From positions 11,474 to 75,473 of the forward strand of contig CAISTG010000015.1 of NCBI GenBank assembly GCA_903888345.1: a stretch of 64,000 nt of DNA, given 5' to 3'. The DNA is from Candidatus Buchananbacteria bacterium (GTDB lineage: Bacteria; Patescibacteriota; Patescibacteriia; 2-01-FULL-39-33). Positions within the stretch are counted from its first letter, which is position 1, and each line of letters starts with the position of its first letter. Position numbers and translations under genes: made by a program. Of this stretch, positions 19,553-29,976 are shown piece by piece. Below the pieces are notes generated by a model. It did not search any database. It was not told where the DNA came from and saw only the letters and a list, made by a program, of their open reading frames with translations.

Positions 19553-21355
19553 TTAGCTTAAATATAAATGTTGACGACCCAAAACATAGAGACTGTTCAT
19601 GGCGCGAGTTAAGGCAATATAAAGTAAATCTTTCTTGATGTGGGACACCTCGGCATGCAATTCTACCGGTAAACCATTAACTGACAGTAATTCCCCGTCA
19701 ACTCCGACCAAAAACACGGCATCAAATTCCACGCCCTGGGAGTCAATCAGTGACATCACTTTAACATTACTATATTGGCTGAATTGTTGCTGATAAGTTT
19801 TTAATAATTCCTCATTATGCGACAAGATACCCACACTCACCTCTTTCAGCTCCATTAATTTTTCGGTTACATATTCCAATTCTTCTGCTGGCGTTAAAAT
19901 CAATTCTTCTACTCGAGGCCCCGACTTAATCATTTCCGGCACCACCACGTCAAAGCCCAATTCTTTGAGATAAGTTAAAATTTCTTTGGTATTACGATAG
20001 ACCTTGGATAGCTGAACCAGACGCTCGGCTGGCAACTCGCCGCCAATGCCCGATAAATTATTAACCGTGCCTAATCTGACGCGTTGATTAAAGTCACCAA
20101 TATAGACCATCTCACCTATTTTCGCGTTAACCGCTTGGCTAAAGATTGCTAAATGCTCTGGCAAATAATTCTGAAACTCGTCAATAATCATCAATTTGTA
20201 ATCCGCTTTAAACTTACCCTTTTTCCGCTTCAATTCTTTAGTCTTGCCGACCAGCGAATAATAATCTTTTTCAATCTGAAAACCATTATCAATGCCAGCA
20301 ATCGCGCGCAACAAAACTGCTAAGTCCAAACGATCGAGCTGTTTATTATTCTTTTGCACCATCAACCTGGCGTGTCCAGCTTGATCCAAATAGTCACCAT
20401 ACACTGCCTGAAGCAACTTAAACCAATCAGTTTGCCACTCTAATGACTGCTGCGCGCGTAAACCCTGCACTTTCGCCCAGACATAACTAGCTTCGGCATC
20501 AGTTTCATGTTCGGTAATCGTCCAATCAACTAACGGCAGAATATTTTTTGCCCAAGCCGCTAAAGTCGTAATTTCCACGTCCCTAATACCTAACTCTGGC
20601 AACAAATGCGAGAAATAATCTCTGGTACTTTCATCTTGCACGAAAACAATCACTTCGCCATCGCTTACTTGATCCGCAGTTTCTGGTGATTGCAAGAGAT
20701 AAGCAACTCGATGCAAGGCTAGAGTCGTTTTGCCAGAACCAGCTGGACCAGTAACCACTAGCTTACCGCCAAAGCTGGAGCGAATTACCTGGTCTTGCGC
20801 CTTTTCCATTTGCGCCACAATTTCTGGCAGCACAAAGGCAGTCTTACGTGAAGAAAAATATTCTTGATAAATTAATTCGCGCGCAGCAATCTGACTTTCG
20901 GTCGATAAAAATAAGATCTTACCATCATTAATTAAATACTGATCTTTTTTAATTATTTCTCCGCCCTGCTCTCCGCCATGACTGCGGACCATAAAGGCGC
21001 CTGGAACCTCAAACCTAATTTGAGAAATCGGTGACGCCCAAGAATAGATATTTTCTTGATCAAAAGCAAATTTCGAAAAATACAATTCACGAAAATCTTT
21101 TTCGCCGTCGAATTTAATTAAGCAAGAATTAAAATACGGCGATGGATGTAGATGCTGCAAATCATTATAACGCTTGCGATAAGTCGCGATCATGGTTTGA
21201 TAGCTCAGCTTGTCCGCATCGGACTCTTGCGATAAATGCTTCAACGTTAAAATCTCCTCCGGAATACGCTGGAGTTCAGAAACGATCACTTCCCGCTTGT
21301 GTTCCAGTGTCGCCTTAACTTGCTCTAAATACTGGTCTTTTTGGTCTGCTGTCAT
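19553..21355 (-). CDS. HelD-like SF1 (UvrD-family) ATPase
   Basis: SWASPI, GPAGSGKTTLALHRVAYLL, IDEFQ, GDFNQ, YRNT, GVEFD, LYIALTRA. Confidence 0.85.
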   Translation of the reverse strand: MTADQKDQYLEQVKATLEHKREVIVSELQRIPEEILTLKHLSQESDADKLSYQTMIATYRKRYNDLQHLHPSPYFNSCLIKFDGEKDFRELYFSKFAFDQENIYSWASPISQIRFEVPGAFMVRSHGGEQGGEIIKKDQYLINDGKILFLSTESQIAARELIYQEYFSSRKTAFVLPEIVAQMEKAQDQVIRSSFGGKLVVTGPAGSGKTTLALHRVAYLLQSPETADQVSDGEVIVFVQDESTRDYFSHLLPELGIRDVEITTLAAWAKNILPLVDWTITEHETDAEASYVWAKVQGLRAQQSLEWQTDWFKLLQAVYGDYLDQAGHARLMVQKNNKQLDRLDLAVLLRAIAGIDNGFQIEKDYYSLVGKTKELKRKKGKFKADYKLMIIDEFQNYLPEHLAIFSQAVNAKIGEMVYIGDFNQRVRLGTVNNLSGIGGELPAERLVQLSKVYRNTKEILTYLKELGFDVVVPEMIKSGPRVEELILTPAEELEYVTEKLMELKEVSVGILSHNEELLKTYQQQFSQYSNVKVMSLIDSQGVEFDAVFLVGVDGELLSVNGLPVELHAEVSHIKKDLLYIALTRAMNSLYVLGRQHLYLS

Positions 21356-21367
21356 ATGACTATAGTT

Positions 21368-21499
21368 AAAAAAACCGCCCCATCGGTTATTGGGCGGTTT
21401 CTGAGTTATTAGATCTAGTGAAGAGAATCGAGTCCCTAAATTGTGGCTGTAGTTTCAGCATATGAAGTCTATTATACTACAATCATAAATATATTGCAA
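21368..21499 (-). promoter_or_regulatory. Promoter + 24-codon uORF + intrinsic terminator (attenuator) upstream of the HelD-like gene
   Basis: TTGCAA-17-TATAAT (21499-21471); uORF 21461-21387; AAACCGCCC/GGGCGGTTT stem with T-run ending about 12 nt before the ATG. Confidence 0.7.
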
Positions 21500-21623
21500 G
21501 CTATATTTAAATATTTGTCTAAATTACAATATAATTTCACTTTTTTGCCAGTAACAATAGCTTAAAAACGATAACGATTATATAAAAGCAGAGGCATCCG
21601 GCCCCTGCTTTTATATTTACGAC

Positions 21624-23015
21624 TTATTTCGCCTTATTCTGATATTCGTAAGACTTCTTCATTGCTTTCCAGAAAACCTCCCGATTAACGCAATGTGGAT
21701 TGGTGCCATCACAATCTTTGTTTTCTAAAACGTTGCCATATTTCGCATAAGGATTACCATCTTCATACTCATAGGCGTTAGCTGACATCTTCTTGATGAC
21801 CTCGGCGTGAGCCTTGTCGACGTCACCGCCAAATTTCCCTAATTCTTCTGCCATGCCCAAGTCATAAGCACGCGCTAGTCCCCGAAACTCCATTGACTTG
21901 GCTTCGGCTTTAACTGTATCCAGCGCCTCCTCTATCGGCTTGGTCGCCCAACCAACCGTCTTACCGGTAATCTCGCCAAAGACTCCTTCAATAATTTTAT
22001 CTTTTACTTCGTCTTTAATTTTATCGCCCATGGCATCATTAATCATTTTCATATTACGATTAAAATCCTCTTGCAATTCCGTTAGTCCACCATCAATCGC
22101 TTTTTGCCTTTCGAGCATGCGTTCATAAAAACGCAACTGCTCATCCCATTTTTGTTCCGACTCAGTCGGTTTGGTTTTCCAGATTTTTAAAACATCAACC
22201 GCATTACCAACTTTTTCGTTCCAACGATCTTTAACAATCGACTTGTCATCCATCTCCTCAATATCATTTTTGGGATCATTAATGTAGGCCAAATAATCTC
22301 GAATGGAGTTGTACTGCTCCATCGTCATTTTTGTTCCATTGTCTTTGAGTTTTTGATTAAACTCTAACAGCTTGGTTTTTAAGCCTGAATCAATATCTCC
22401 CACGGCGAAGTCGCCAATAATTTCTTGACTGATCGGATCCGATAATTTTTCGTATTCTTTTTTGTTATCAGCAGTTAAGACCGTCAACATGTCTGCACGC
22501 TTGGTTTCTAGCCCCGCTAATTGCTTTTTTAGATCTGAGTCATCGCCATTTTTTAGATATTCTTTAAGCTCTTCGATTTGTTTGTCCACTTCTACCACTT
22601 TGGTAGCATCAATTGATTTGCCAAGTTGACTACGACATTCTGCGGCCGAAGAACCAAATAATAATTTGCAGCCCGAAGGATTTTCATTCTTTATGGCCGC
22701 ATTCAAAATACATTCATCTTGTGTGTAAGAAAACAATCCTCCCTTAATCTGTTTGCAAGCCTCAAAATTACCAGTATTTTCCGCAATCATCAGATAACAT
22801 TTATCGCGCGGCGGATTAGACCCACCATCTTTGAACTTATCGCCTTTAATCTTGTCACATTGCGAAGTGTCACCTTCTTGCGCCCCCGCACCTTGGAAAC
22901 AATGATCACTGTCAGGCATAACATCACAAACCACCGTCATCCAATCACCTACACAGCCACTTAATAATAGTGGCGCCACCAACAAAAAGGCCATTAATAG
23001 ATATTTTGATTTCAT
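21624..23015 (-). CDS. Cys-rich lipoprotein with helical C-terminal region
   Basis: Lipobox LLLSGC; repeated D.C...A.......C..I units. Confidence 0.75.
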   Translation of the reverse strand: MKSKYLLMAFLLVAPLLLSGCVGDWMTVVCDVMPDSDHCFQGAGAQEGDTSQCDKIKGDKFKDGGSNPPRDKCYLMIAENTGNFEACKQIKGGLFSYTQDECILNAAIKNENPSGCKLLFGSSAAECRSQLGKSIDATKVVEVDKQIEELKEYLKNGDDSDLKKQLAGLETKRADMLTVLTADNKKEYEKLSDPISQEIIGDFAVGDIDSGLKTKLLEFNQKLKDNGTKMTMEQYNSIRDYLAYINDPKNDIEEMDDKSIVKDRWNEKVGNAVDVLKIWKTKPTESEQKWDEQLRFYERMLERQKAIDGGLTELQEDFNRNMKMINDAMGDKIKDEVKDKIIEGVFGEITGKTVGWATKPIEEALDTVKAEAKSMEFRGLARAYDLGMAEELGKFGGDVDKAHAEVIKKMSANAYEYEDGNPYAKYGNVLENKDCDGTNPHCVNREVFWKAMKKSYEYQNKAK

Positions 23016-23018
23016 AAA

Positions 23019-23597
23019 TTATTTCTTTTTAATGATCTTGATAATTAAGCGTGCGATTTCTGCCAAGAACCAAACTCCAGCCACGGCAAAAATTATATAG
23101 GATGTTTGGAGTAACGGCTCACCCAAATACGTAATCAAACCCTTAGCAATATCAATATAGCGCTTTTCAAAATATACTAATTGACGCGCCATCAAAAACC
23201 AGGGCAAGACACTAGCCACTAAAATAATTGGATTAAGTAAATACAGCCAACCTAAGCGCACCAGCTTCTTAATTAAATACAAAATATACATGGCGAGCAT
23301 AGAAACTAGCCCTAGAGCCCAACCAACGTAAATCGAGTAATCGGTAAAAATCTTCAAGATAGTCGCATTAGTGATGTCTTTGGCCTCCGGATCTAAATTA
23401 GAATAAACCCACATAAAGCTGGCACCATAAAGCAAGAATCCCAACAAGGGAAACCAGGCAGTATTAATGAATGACTTTCGGACTTTTTTTGGTTTGGCAC
23501 CTGGCACCGCCGCCGCCTCGTCCGCAATTTGATTGCTTGGTCTGCGATCGGTAGCAGCCTCCTCTTCGCTAGACGCGATTTTTGATTCTTCTTCCAT
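23019..23597 (-). CDS. Four-TM membrane protein
   Basis: Four hydrophobic segments; 3 bp from the lipoprotein gene. Confidence 0.75.
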   Translation of the reverse strand: MEEESKIASSEEEAATDRRPSNQIADEAAAVPGAKPKKVRKSFINTAWFPLLGFLLYGASFMWVYSNLDPEAKDITNATILKIFTDYSIYVGWALGLVSMLAMYILYLIKKLVRLGWLYLLNPIILVASVLPWFLMARQLVYFEKRYIDIAKGLITYLGEPLLQTSYIIFAVAGVWFLAEIARLIIKIIKKK

Positions 23598-23678
23598 AAG
23601 ATAAGGTTAATAAATTTGCTTTAATTATAACGTTTTAGCAATATGTTGGCAAATTGATACGGAACTGAATTTGTCACT

Positions 23679-23713
23679 AAAAAAACATCTCAGTGGTTAG
23701 ACTGAGATGTTTT
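23679..23713. terminator. Intrinsic terminator
   Basis: aaaacatctcagt/actgagatgtttt. Confidence 0.75.
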
Positions 23714-23727
23714 AACTTAGGATGTAG

Positions 23728-24522
23728 TTAGGCTTTCTTTTTCTTAAAAATCAGAACGCCTACTAAAGCAATAATAACGATAATTAATATTACGATAATA
23801 ATATTATAAATATTAGCCATAAACCAATTGCCACTCTCTGGTTCTGGATTTTGCTCATCAAAACTGCCCAAAACTTTTCCCACTGCTTGGTTTTCAGTAG
23901 TTAAAACATCGGTAGAAGTTACTGCTGGAGTAACCTCGGTGCCTGCATCACTTTTAACTTGTTGAGCGTCTTTAACTCCTGCTGTTGGAGTAGTTGGTGC
24001 AACAACAGTCGCTGTTAATAGCTGAGCCTCAACCTCCGGTTGTAAAACTTCTTTAGCGTTTACCGTGTATGTAGCACTGCCTCCGGCAGTCGAAATAGAT
24101 TTAACGGAATCACCGCCAACAATATTCACTCCTGTCATACCGACAATTGCCGCACTTGAGGCGCCAACCTTAAGTGACAAAGTTAATAATGTTTTATTAT
24201 CGGCACCACCACCAGGAATACCAACTAAGAAATGTGGATTAGCACAGGTCGGAGTTGTTAAAGCCTGCAAACCAGCAGCAACTGAAATATTTTGACAAGT
24301 AGCCTGATCAAAAACTAAGGTGCCCTCGATGGCATAAATCTTATTAGCCGCGGTGTTTATCCCGACTGTTGCGTTGATAACCTCTCCCGCCGTTACCGTT
24401 TTACTTGACGGTGAGACATATAATCCAGCAGTAGCGGCACTAACAGAACTAGCAACGCCCAGGATAGCAGTAACAAGCAATAATGACAAGACTATTAAGC
24501 TGTTAATTTTTTTCATAATCAT
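23728..24522 (-). CDS. Cohesin-like domain protein with C-terminal membrane anchor
   Basis: Signal peptide; LYVSPSSKTV..GE.....V.I......I.A.EG.L.FD; Thr/Pro linker; TM followed by KKKKA. Confidence 0.65.
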   Translation of the reverse strand: MIMKKINSLIVLSLLLVTAILGVASSVSAATAGLYVSPSSKTVTAGEVINATVGINTAANKIYAIEGTLVFDQATCQNISVAAGLQALTTPTCANPHFLVGIPGGGADNKTLLTLSLKVGASSAAIVGMTGVNIVGGDSVKSISTAGGSATYTVNAKEVLQPEVEAQLLTATVVAPTTPTAGVKDAQQVKSDAGTEVTPAVTSTDVLTTENQAVGKVLGSFDEQNPEPESGNWFMANIYNIIIVILIIVIIALVGVLIFKKKKA

Positions 24523-24531
24523 ATATTAAAT

Positions 24532-25149
24532 TTAAATACTCCAGTTTGCCATTAGCAAAGCGAAATCAATAATATCTACTTTTAAATCGCCATTCAAGTC
24601 AGCAGAATTAACGCCTGTCTTATCCCAGTTAGCCATCATCATGGCAAAGTCGATAATATCAACGACGCCACTTTTATCAATATCACCGACTTTAGATACT
24701 GCTAAGGGAGGAGTACTGCCTCCTCCTCCGCCGCCTCCGCCATTATTGGTCGTAGCGATATTTATGACGTAAACGAATGAAGCAACAGCAGACTGCTTAT
24801 TATTGGCATAGCAGGCCAATGCTTTAATGGTCAATGATTGACTCACGGGAATTGCTATCCCCGTCCGGTAAACTTGTGCGGATAAACATGTTGGCTCTGA
24901 ACCATCAAAAGTATAATGAATAGAATTAGCGCCGGTCGCAGCTAAGACTACGGATTGAACAGCTGTATAAGTGCCCACAACTGGACTAGCGGTCGGAGTA
25001 GTAACCACCACCCCGCTAATACCAGTATCGATGCCTGTGCTCAAGGTGCCGGTTACTTCAGAGCCGGTTGAGATCCGTGCTTGACTTTGACTAACAAAGC
25101 AGAATAATCCAACCGCCACTAAACAAGAAATTTTTGTTAGATTTTTCAT
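24532..25149 (-). CDS. Secreted Fn3-associated/CHB_HEX-like domain + dockerin
   Basis: IHYTFDGSEP; poly-Gly linker; duplicated GDIDKSGVVDIIDF / ADLNGDLKVDIIDF. Confidence 0.82.
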   Translation of the reverse strand: MKNLTKISCLVAVGLFCFVSQSQARISTGSEVTGTLSTGIDTGISGVVVTTPTASPVVGTYTAVQSVVLAATGANSIHYTFDGSEPTCLSAQVYRTGIAIPVSQSLTIKALACYANNKQSAVASFVYVINIATTNNGGGGGGGGSTPPLAVSKVGDIDKSGVVDIIDFAMMMANWDKTGVNSADLNGDLKVDIIDFALLMANWSI

Positions 25150-25151
25150 AT

Positions 25152-28100
25152 TTATTCTTCGTTAGGTACGGTTTGAATTCCGTAACTTGTTGAGTAAGAG
25201 CCACCGACCGTTCCTTCCGGTACTCTAACTTCTACAATGATTCTGATCTGTCTTCCTAATTTTGTTGTATCTAAATCACCAGTTAAATTCATACTCCCAG
25301 AATAGGTATTGGCTTCACTAATAACGATGGCGCTCTCGCCAGAATTGACATCATTAGATTGAGCCGAATAGAAACGGATATTAGAAGCTGCAGGAATCAA
25401 GTTGGCGCCGCTAACAAAATCAGCGAATCTCATTCGTAAACCAGTTTCGGCAGTAGGAGCAGTGACATCAAATTGCCAAGCCCAACCATTAGCCCAAGAG
25501 CCGTCGGCAGTAGCAAAACTCTTAACAGTAGAAATTCCAGTAACAGCCAGAACAGTATCATCAGCAATAGTCGTAAAGCTCCCGGCTGTATAACTAGCTC
25601 CCATTAAGTTTCCCGCTTCATCTGCAACGTTACTCGAAACATAAATATAATAAGAAGTTTCTAAGTCTAAATTTGCAAGCGGATTAATAACGGCGCGAGT
25701 GCCTCCATTTTCTACGCTGATTGAAGCTGGCACGACAGAATTATCACTTGCCTTTCGTAATTCAATATTAGCAGCGGTTAAGGTGGTGGCTTTCATTGCT
25801 TCCGAAAAATCAACATAAGGACGAGCATTGAGGGCTACACCAGTAGCATCAGCTAATGGAGATTGACCAGCAACAATTGGTGCAACTAGGTCAGCGGTAT
25901 TTTCGGTAGTTGTAAAGCCAGAATTAGTTGAACCAATATTAGCAATCATGACATTTCCGACTTTATCAGAAACTCCAGAAATTATGAAATAGTAAGCAAC
26001 ACTATAATCTAAATTTGCATCAGGAATGAAATATACTTTTTGATTACCTTCAGCCAATACCTTTCCTGCAACTTGCGTGTCGGTAGAATCAACGCCAACC
26101 ATCATTAATTTAATATTGTCAGCATTAACTGTGTCAGTATTTAAAGCTTCAGAAAAATTGAAGAAAATAGGGGCCGAAATAGCTACATTAGTAGCACCAT
26201 TAGCTGGAGACATAGTTACTACATAAGGCGCAGTAACATCGGCCTGAGTAAAGGTAGCTACAGCTGTACCTGGCAATAAGTTACCACTAGAAACTGTAAT
26301 ATTTACATTACCAGCGGTTGTTTTTCTCAATGTTGTTTCAGCTACACCATTAACTAATGTTAGAATGGTGTCGCCTAAAGCTGCGCCATTATCAGCACTA
26401 ACCAAAACAATCGTTCCGCTTTGGTTGGTGGTTGGATGATCCCACTGATCTCTTCCAGTTACAGTGACGATACTGGCAGTATTAGTATCAACGGGCGAGG
26501 TGGCTACGACAGTCACCTTGCTAATTGGAGCTGGCACGACAATTATATTTTGAGTAGCGGTTGCGAAATTTCCCGAAAAATCAGTGGAAGTCCAGGTAAC
26601 CACAGTAGTTCCGACTGGAAAGCCAGCGACCGGAGCATCATTGGTAATGACTGGAGCTGCATCGACAACGTCAGATGTTATTGGAGATCCAATACTGACT
26701 GTTGACAAAACACCATTAGCGACAAATCCAGTGACGTCGGCCGGGGCAGTAATCGCCGGAGCTGTCGTATCATGAACATGAACATTAAAGTTTGAAGTGG
26801 CGGTATTTCCCAAAGCATCAGCTGAGGTGCAAGTGACAGTTGTGTCACCCAAAGCAAATTGGGATCCTGAAACTGGCAAACAAGCAACAGTGGTTGTGCC
26901 ATCAAATACGTCAACGGCTTCTGGGCTAACATAATCAACGATAGCGCCAGTGATTGAAGTAGCTTCAGCGACAACCTCTGCATGAGAGGCAATAACTGGG
27001 GCAACAGCATCAATCTTAATATTCTTATTAAAACTCAAAGAATTAGTCTCACTTGGAACTGGCAAGGTCAGATTTGAATCATTGCCGGCAAAATCGCGAA
27101 TAGACTGACCATCTAAATTTAAGGCATCACCAGCAATAGTGTCCAAATCCAAAGAATTATCACCTGATTGGACAGTGTAGCTGAAACTCACAATTGTTGA
27201 ACCGGTACCAGTGGAGTAATCGGCAGTGCGATCAGTCGCACCAGTTTCTAAAATTAAATATGGGCGTTGATCGATAGTATCCCAGCAATGGTCACCCCAA
27301 TAACCACAACCCCAAGGTCGATAATATGTTCCAACATTTACAGGTTCGCTAAATTCAACTGAGACAACAATGTTTTCACCAGCCTTGTAATCGCCATCAG
27401 CCTTATCGGAAGTAACATTAACAACTGTTGCTGGAGTGACATCATAAGTAATTCCAGTACTGGTCAAGGTTCCAGCATTGCCAGACATGTCAGTTCCGTC
27501 AAAAGTAACAGCATAGACACCTTCAGCCAAGGAAATTCCGGCGGCAGTTAAAGAGGCTTGAGAAATGGTATGAGCTCCAATAGTCAATTCGCTGCCAGAT
27601 AAAGTATAAACTGCTGAAACAGGCCCATTAACACTAATGGAACCGCTAGCCAAAGCTTCACTCAAAGTATAAGAAACTGTGTAATCAGCTTTAATGAAAG
27701 CATCAGTAGCTGGAGCAGTAGCAGAGAAAGCCGGCTTGGTGGTATCGACGACGACAACATTAAAAGTTGTGGAAGTAGCCACGTTGCCATGGGCATCTGT
27801 TTTGGAACAAGTGACAGTAGTGGTACCCAAATAGAAGGTTGAACCAGAGGCTGGCAAGCACGATGAGATTAAATCACCATCAACCAAGTCATGGGACATT
27901 GGCGCAGTGAAACCGACGCCAGCACCCAAAGTTGGGTCAATTGAAGCTTCAACTCCAGTAATGTCGGCATGAACATCAATCACTGGGCTAGTGGTATCAA
28001 GAATCGTGACTATTTGAGTAGCAGTTGCGAAATTTCCGGAACCATCAGTCGCCGTCCAGGTGACAGTTGTTTCTCCTGGGGCAAAACCAGCTGCAGGAGC

Positions 28101-29957
28101 ATCATTGGAGATAACTGGTGAAGCATCAGCGATATCGGAAACAATTGGTGATCCTAAGCTGACAATGGTAAAAGGTCCAGTTGCTTCATTAGTAACATCA
28201 ATCGGTGCAGTGATGACTGGTTTAGTTGTATCAATTACGCTAACAACAAAAGTTGAAGTTTGAATATTTGAGGCACTATCACTGGCAGTGCAAGTCACGG
28301 TAGTATTGCCCAACGCAAAAGTTGAGCTAGAAACTGGCAAACAAGAAACTGAAACCGCACCGTCAATATTATCAGTTGCTAATGGAGTATCATAAGTGAC
28401 TGTGGCGCCAGCAAATGAAGTTGCCTCAATACCAGAAACATCAGCATGGGCAACGATTTCCGGTTTAGTAGTATCAATAAAATTAATGATAACGTCACCA
28501 TGGGCAGTCAAACCACTAAAACTCAAGGTGACACTCCCCTTGTTAATAAAGGTTAGGGTTCGAGTAACAAGTCCGCCGACAGTGTTGCCACTGCCGCCAA
28601 TAATCCCCCCTGCGGAAGCTAAAATGGCAACTGGAGTATTATCTTGAACTTGATTGCCAGCAGCATCAGTAACAGTGATAGTCAAAGTCACGGTTGTACC
28701 TGGGGTTAGACTAGCTTCTGGAGATACTGTACTAGCTGAGATCGTGCCATTTCGCGCCGCACCGGCGGTAAATGATACGGATTCTGTCTGATCAATTAAT
28801 ATTCCACCAATTGTTACGGAAACAATTTTATCTTCCGCCTTAGTAGATTGTAAACGAATGATAGCTTGTCCATTAACATCAGTAGTAACCGTTAATGGAT
28901 CATAGGAAGCGCCGGTACTAGGAGCTGCCGAGATACTAACTACTTGACCTGCGAGAACATTTCCGAAAGCATCCTTAGCGGTAATAGTATAAGTAGCTGT
29001 ACCTCCGTCAGTCGTAACAACGCCCGGATTATTGCGAGTCAAAGTAGATTGACTGGCACTAATTGGACCACGGTTGACAGTCACAGTAAAAGTGGTTGAA
29101 GTTGCATGATTGCCGGCGACATCAGTAGCATTACAAGTAACAGTTGTGTTTCCGATGGCAAAAACAGACCCAGAAGCTGGCAAACAGACTGCTGTTCCAG
29201 TCGCATCAACATTATCAGTTACAGCAGGAGCAGTATAAATAACATGGCCAGAACCCAAAGCATCAGCGGTTGCAGTGACGGTTGAGTGAGGAGCGATTAC
29301 TGGAGCCACCGTATCAACAGTATAAGTAACAATGACTTGAATATAATCGACTGACGCTGTTCTATTTCTAGCTGGGGTTGCGTTGGTATTTATGGCAGAT
29401 AAATCAACGCCAAAATTGGCGCTATTTATATCAGCTGGAGTCCATGAAGTGCCCCAAAGATCAGATACTGACCCGTAAGTTGCAGCACCTTCAGTAGTTG
29501 GCCAATTTGTTCCAGTTACAGCCTTATTATCCCCAGTAATTACTCCACCCTTAACTAAACTAACTACATGATCACGGATTAATGGGTCAGAGGTACCACT
29601 AGTATAACGACCAACCACGACTTGGATTCCATTAATTGTCGCATTAGTCGGAATTGCAAAACCATAAGAACGCCCTGCCACATAATTGCTAGTGGCAGTT
29701 CCACCGCCAGGCAAATCAACGGTGGCATAAACATTATTATTGGAAACAATATTAGCAGGAACTGTCCACGCATATGTTCCAATTCCAGCGACGTTTGTAC
29801 CAGAACCAGCGAAATTTGGACCACTGGTCGCAGCTGAAGCTGTATTAATAAAAAAGCCGCAGACAAAAAGCATTGTCGCGACTACTGCAATTTTTCCTCC
29901 ATTTTTAAAAACCTTATTTCTTGAAAAAGAAATAATTGACTCGAATAATTGTTGCAT
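25152..29957 (-). CDS. Giant secreted HYR-repeat / Ig-like (Big_1, Big_5) surface protein
   Basis: Repeated C.P.SGS.F..G.TTVTC.A.D..GN and DTT.P units; FSE...V Ig motifs. Confidence 0.88.
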   Translation of the reverse strand: MQQLFESIISFSRNKVFKNGGKIAVVATMLFVCGFFINTASAATSGPNFAGSGTNVAGIGTYAWTVPANIVSNNNVYATVDLPGGGTATSNYVAGRSYGFAIPTNATINGIQVVVGRYTSGTSDPLIRDHVVSLVKGGVITGDNKAVTGTNWPTTEGAATYGSVSDLWGTSWTPADINSANFGVDLSAINTNATPARNRTASVDYIQVIVTYTVDTVAPVIAPHSTVTATADALGSGHVIYTAPAVTDNVDATGTAVCLPASGSVFAIGNTTVTCNATDVAGNHATSTTFTVTVNRGPISASQSTLTRNNPGVVTTDGGTATYTITAKDAFGNVLAGQVVSISAAPSTGASYDPLTVTTDVNGQAIIRLQSTKAEDKIVSVTIGGILIDQTESVSFTAGAARNGTISASTVSPEASLTPGTTVTLTITVTDAAGNQVQDNTPVAILASAGGIIGGSGNTVGGLVTRTLTFINKGSVTLSFSGLTAHGDVIINFIDTTKPEIVAHADVSGIEATSFAGATVTYDTPLATDNIDGAVSVSCLPVSSSTFALGNTTVTCTASDSASNIQTSTFVVSVIDTTKPVITAPIDVTNEATGPFTIVSLGSPIVSDIADASPVISNDAPAAGFAPGETTVTWTATDGSGNFATATQIVTILDTTSPVIDVHADITGVEASIDPTLGAGVGFTAPMSHDLVDGDLISSCLPASGSTFYLGTTTVTCSKTDAHGNVATSTTFNVVVVDTTKPAFSATAPATDAFIKADYTVSYTLSEALASGSISVNGPVSAVYTLSGSELTIGAHTISQASLTAAGISLAEGVYAVTFDGTDMSGNAGTLTSTGITYDVTPATVVNVTSDKADGDYKAGENIVVSVEFSEPVNVGTYYRPWGCGYWGDHCWDTIDQRPYLILETGATDRTADYSTGTGSTIVSFSYTVQSGDNSLDLDTIAGDALNLDGQSIRDFAGNDSNLTLPVPSETNSLSFNKNIKIDAVAPVIASHAEVVAEATSITGAIVDYVSPEAVDVFDGTTTVACLPVSGSQFALGDTTVTCTSADALGNTATSNFNVHVHDTTAPAITAPADVTGFVANGVLSTVSIGSPITSDVVDAAPVITNDAPVAGFPVGTTVVTWTSTDFSGNFATATQNIIVVPAPISKVTVVATSPVDTNTASIVTVTGRDQWDHPTTNQSGTIVLVSADNGAALGDTILTLVNGVAETTLRKTTAGNVNITVSSGNLLPGTAVATFTQADVTAPYVVTMSPANGATNVAISAPIFFNFSEALNTDTVNADNIKLMMVGVDSTDTQVAGKVLAEGNQKVYFIPDANLDYSVAYYFIISGVSDKVGNVMIANIGSTNSGFTTTENTADLVAPIVAGQSPLADATGVALNARPYVDFSEAMKATTLTAANIELRKASDNSVVPASISVENGGTRAVINPLANLDLETSYYIYVSSNVADEAGNLMGASYTAGSFTTIADDTVLAVTGISTVKSFATADGSWANGWAWQFDVTAPTAETGLRMRFADFVSGANLIPAASNIRFYSAQSNDVNSGESAIVISEANTYSGSMNLTGDLDTTKLGRQIRIIVEVRVPEGTVGGSYSTSYGIQTVPNEE

Positions 29958-29976
29958 TGCTATGCTATTAATTATT

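Noticed and set aside
27258-27332. DGR variable region
   Set aside because: No template repeat or reverse transcriptase in the window, and the loop is mid-protein
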